From: Rhizophagus irregularis
Lineage: Eukaryota
Length of the DNA stretch: 64,000 bases
Assembly (NCBI RefSeq): GCF_026210795.1
Contig: NC_089430.1
Coordinates: 1 to 64,000 of the forward strand
Direction of reading: 5' to 3'
Every line of letters starts with the position of its first letter. Within the stretch, counting starts at the first letter, position 1. A program made the position numbers and the translations under genes. A model generated the notes under the pieces. The model searched no databases and was not told the DNA's origin. It saw nothing but the letters and a program-made list of their open reading frames with translations. Positions 63,501-64,000 of this stretch are shown here, in pieces.

Positions 63501-64000
63501 AAAGAGATATCGACAATAGTAGGGGCGATTAGACACAAACACATAACACATGCGCAAGCGATCTACATTATTAACACTGTTTTACTCCCGCGACTAGAAT
63601 ATAGGCTTAAAACAACCGTGTGGGAAGACAAAAAATATGAGGAAATTTTTAAGCCGGTTATGCAAACAATTAAACATAAGACGCGACTGCCCAGCAACTG
63701 TCATGACAACATTCTTCTCCACTCAGCACAAGGCAAATTAAAGAACCTGTGGAGAAATCAAATAGCAGCGCAAATATCAGAATTCCTAGTCACCATTAAC
63801 TCGCAATCGAAACAGGCGGACGTAGTTAAAATGAGATTAAAAAAGGCGCAACTAATATTAAATATAACGTCTTGCATTTTATTGATGGAGCCGGACGTCA
63901 CAGTTCTCAACAAAATGCCTAACAATCACGCCTACAACGTAATGAGAAAAGCACACGACTACTTATTTAAATTTCAACCATTAACAGATAACGAAGAATG
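60600..64000 (+). mobile_element. Non-LTR retrotransposon (LINE) ORF: APE endonuclease plus reverse transcriptase, runs off the window end
   Basis: APE motifs MGHNINGL, IGICET, IGDLN, TRIDYIW and SDH. RT motifs SAPGIS, RPILLIE, DMAKAFDSV, GIDQGEVISPLIW, AYADDT and RILGVWF. No stop seen; its absence from the ORF track is consistent with being open to 64000. Confidence 0.93.

Noticed and set aside
60572..63544. Minus-strand ORFs at 60572, 60884, 61640 and 63137
   Set aside because: Antisense shadows of the LINE ORF.

Overview
This is the left end of a very AT-rich eukaryotic chromosome. Kinase style, intron style and transposon content suggest an arbuscular mycorrhizal fungus (Glomeromycota, Rhizophagus-like); that assignment is inference. 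The window opens with about 950 bp of (TAACCC)n telomere, followed by a subtelomere made mostly of transposon relics: CMC/Plavaka, hAT, Tc1/IS630, MULE, MITEs, Gypsy LTR remnants and an apparently intact LINE. Two things stand out. (1) The AT-rich 'satellite' at about 19.0-23.5 kb reads as a chain of spliceosomal introns separating 47 three-nucleotide microexons plus one 1-nt exon. These splice in frame and stop-free into the N-terminus of a tyrosine-kinase-like (probably pseudo)kinase, giving ALTNWWIRIYEEASFWKGKDVFFWKGRIYEDEEEGKDAQTLWNGKTFE. This looks like a codon-by-codon shufflable or skippable variable region. (2) An 11.8-kb Maverick/Polinton-like element (43596-55373; about 910-bp TIRs, pPolB, integrase) has no recognisable capsid, packaging ATPase or cysteine protease. 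It instead carries a retroviral-style Gag(zinc knuckle)-aspartic protease-zinc finger unit linked by two putative -1 frameshift sites. All splice models and family calls were made by eye and need RNA and HMM confirmation.
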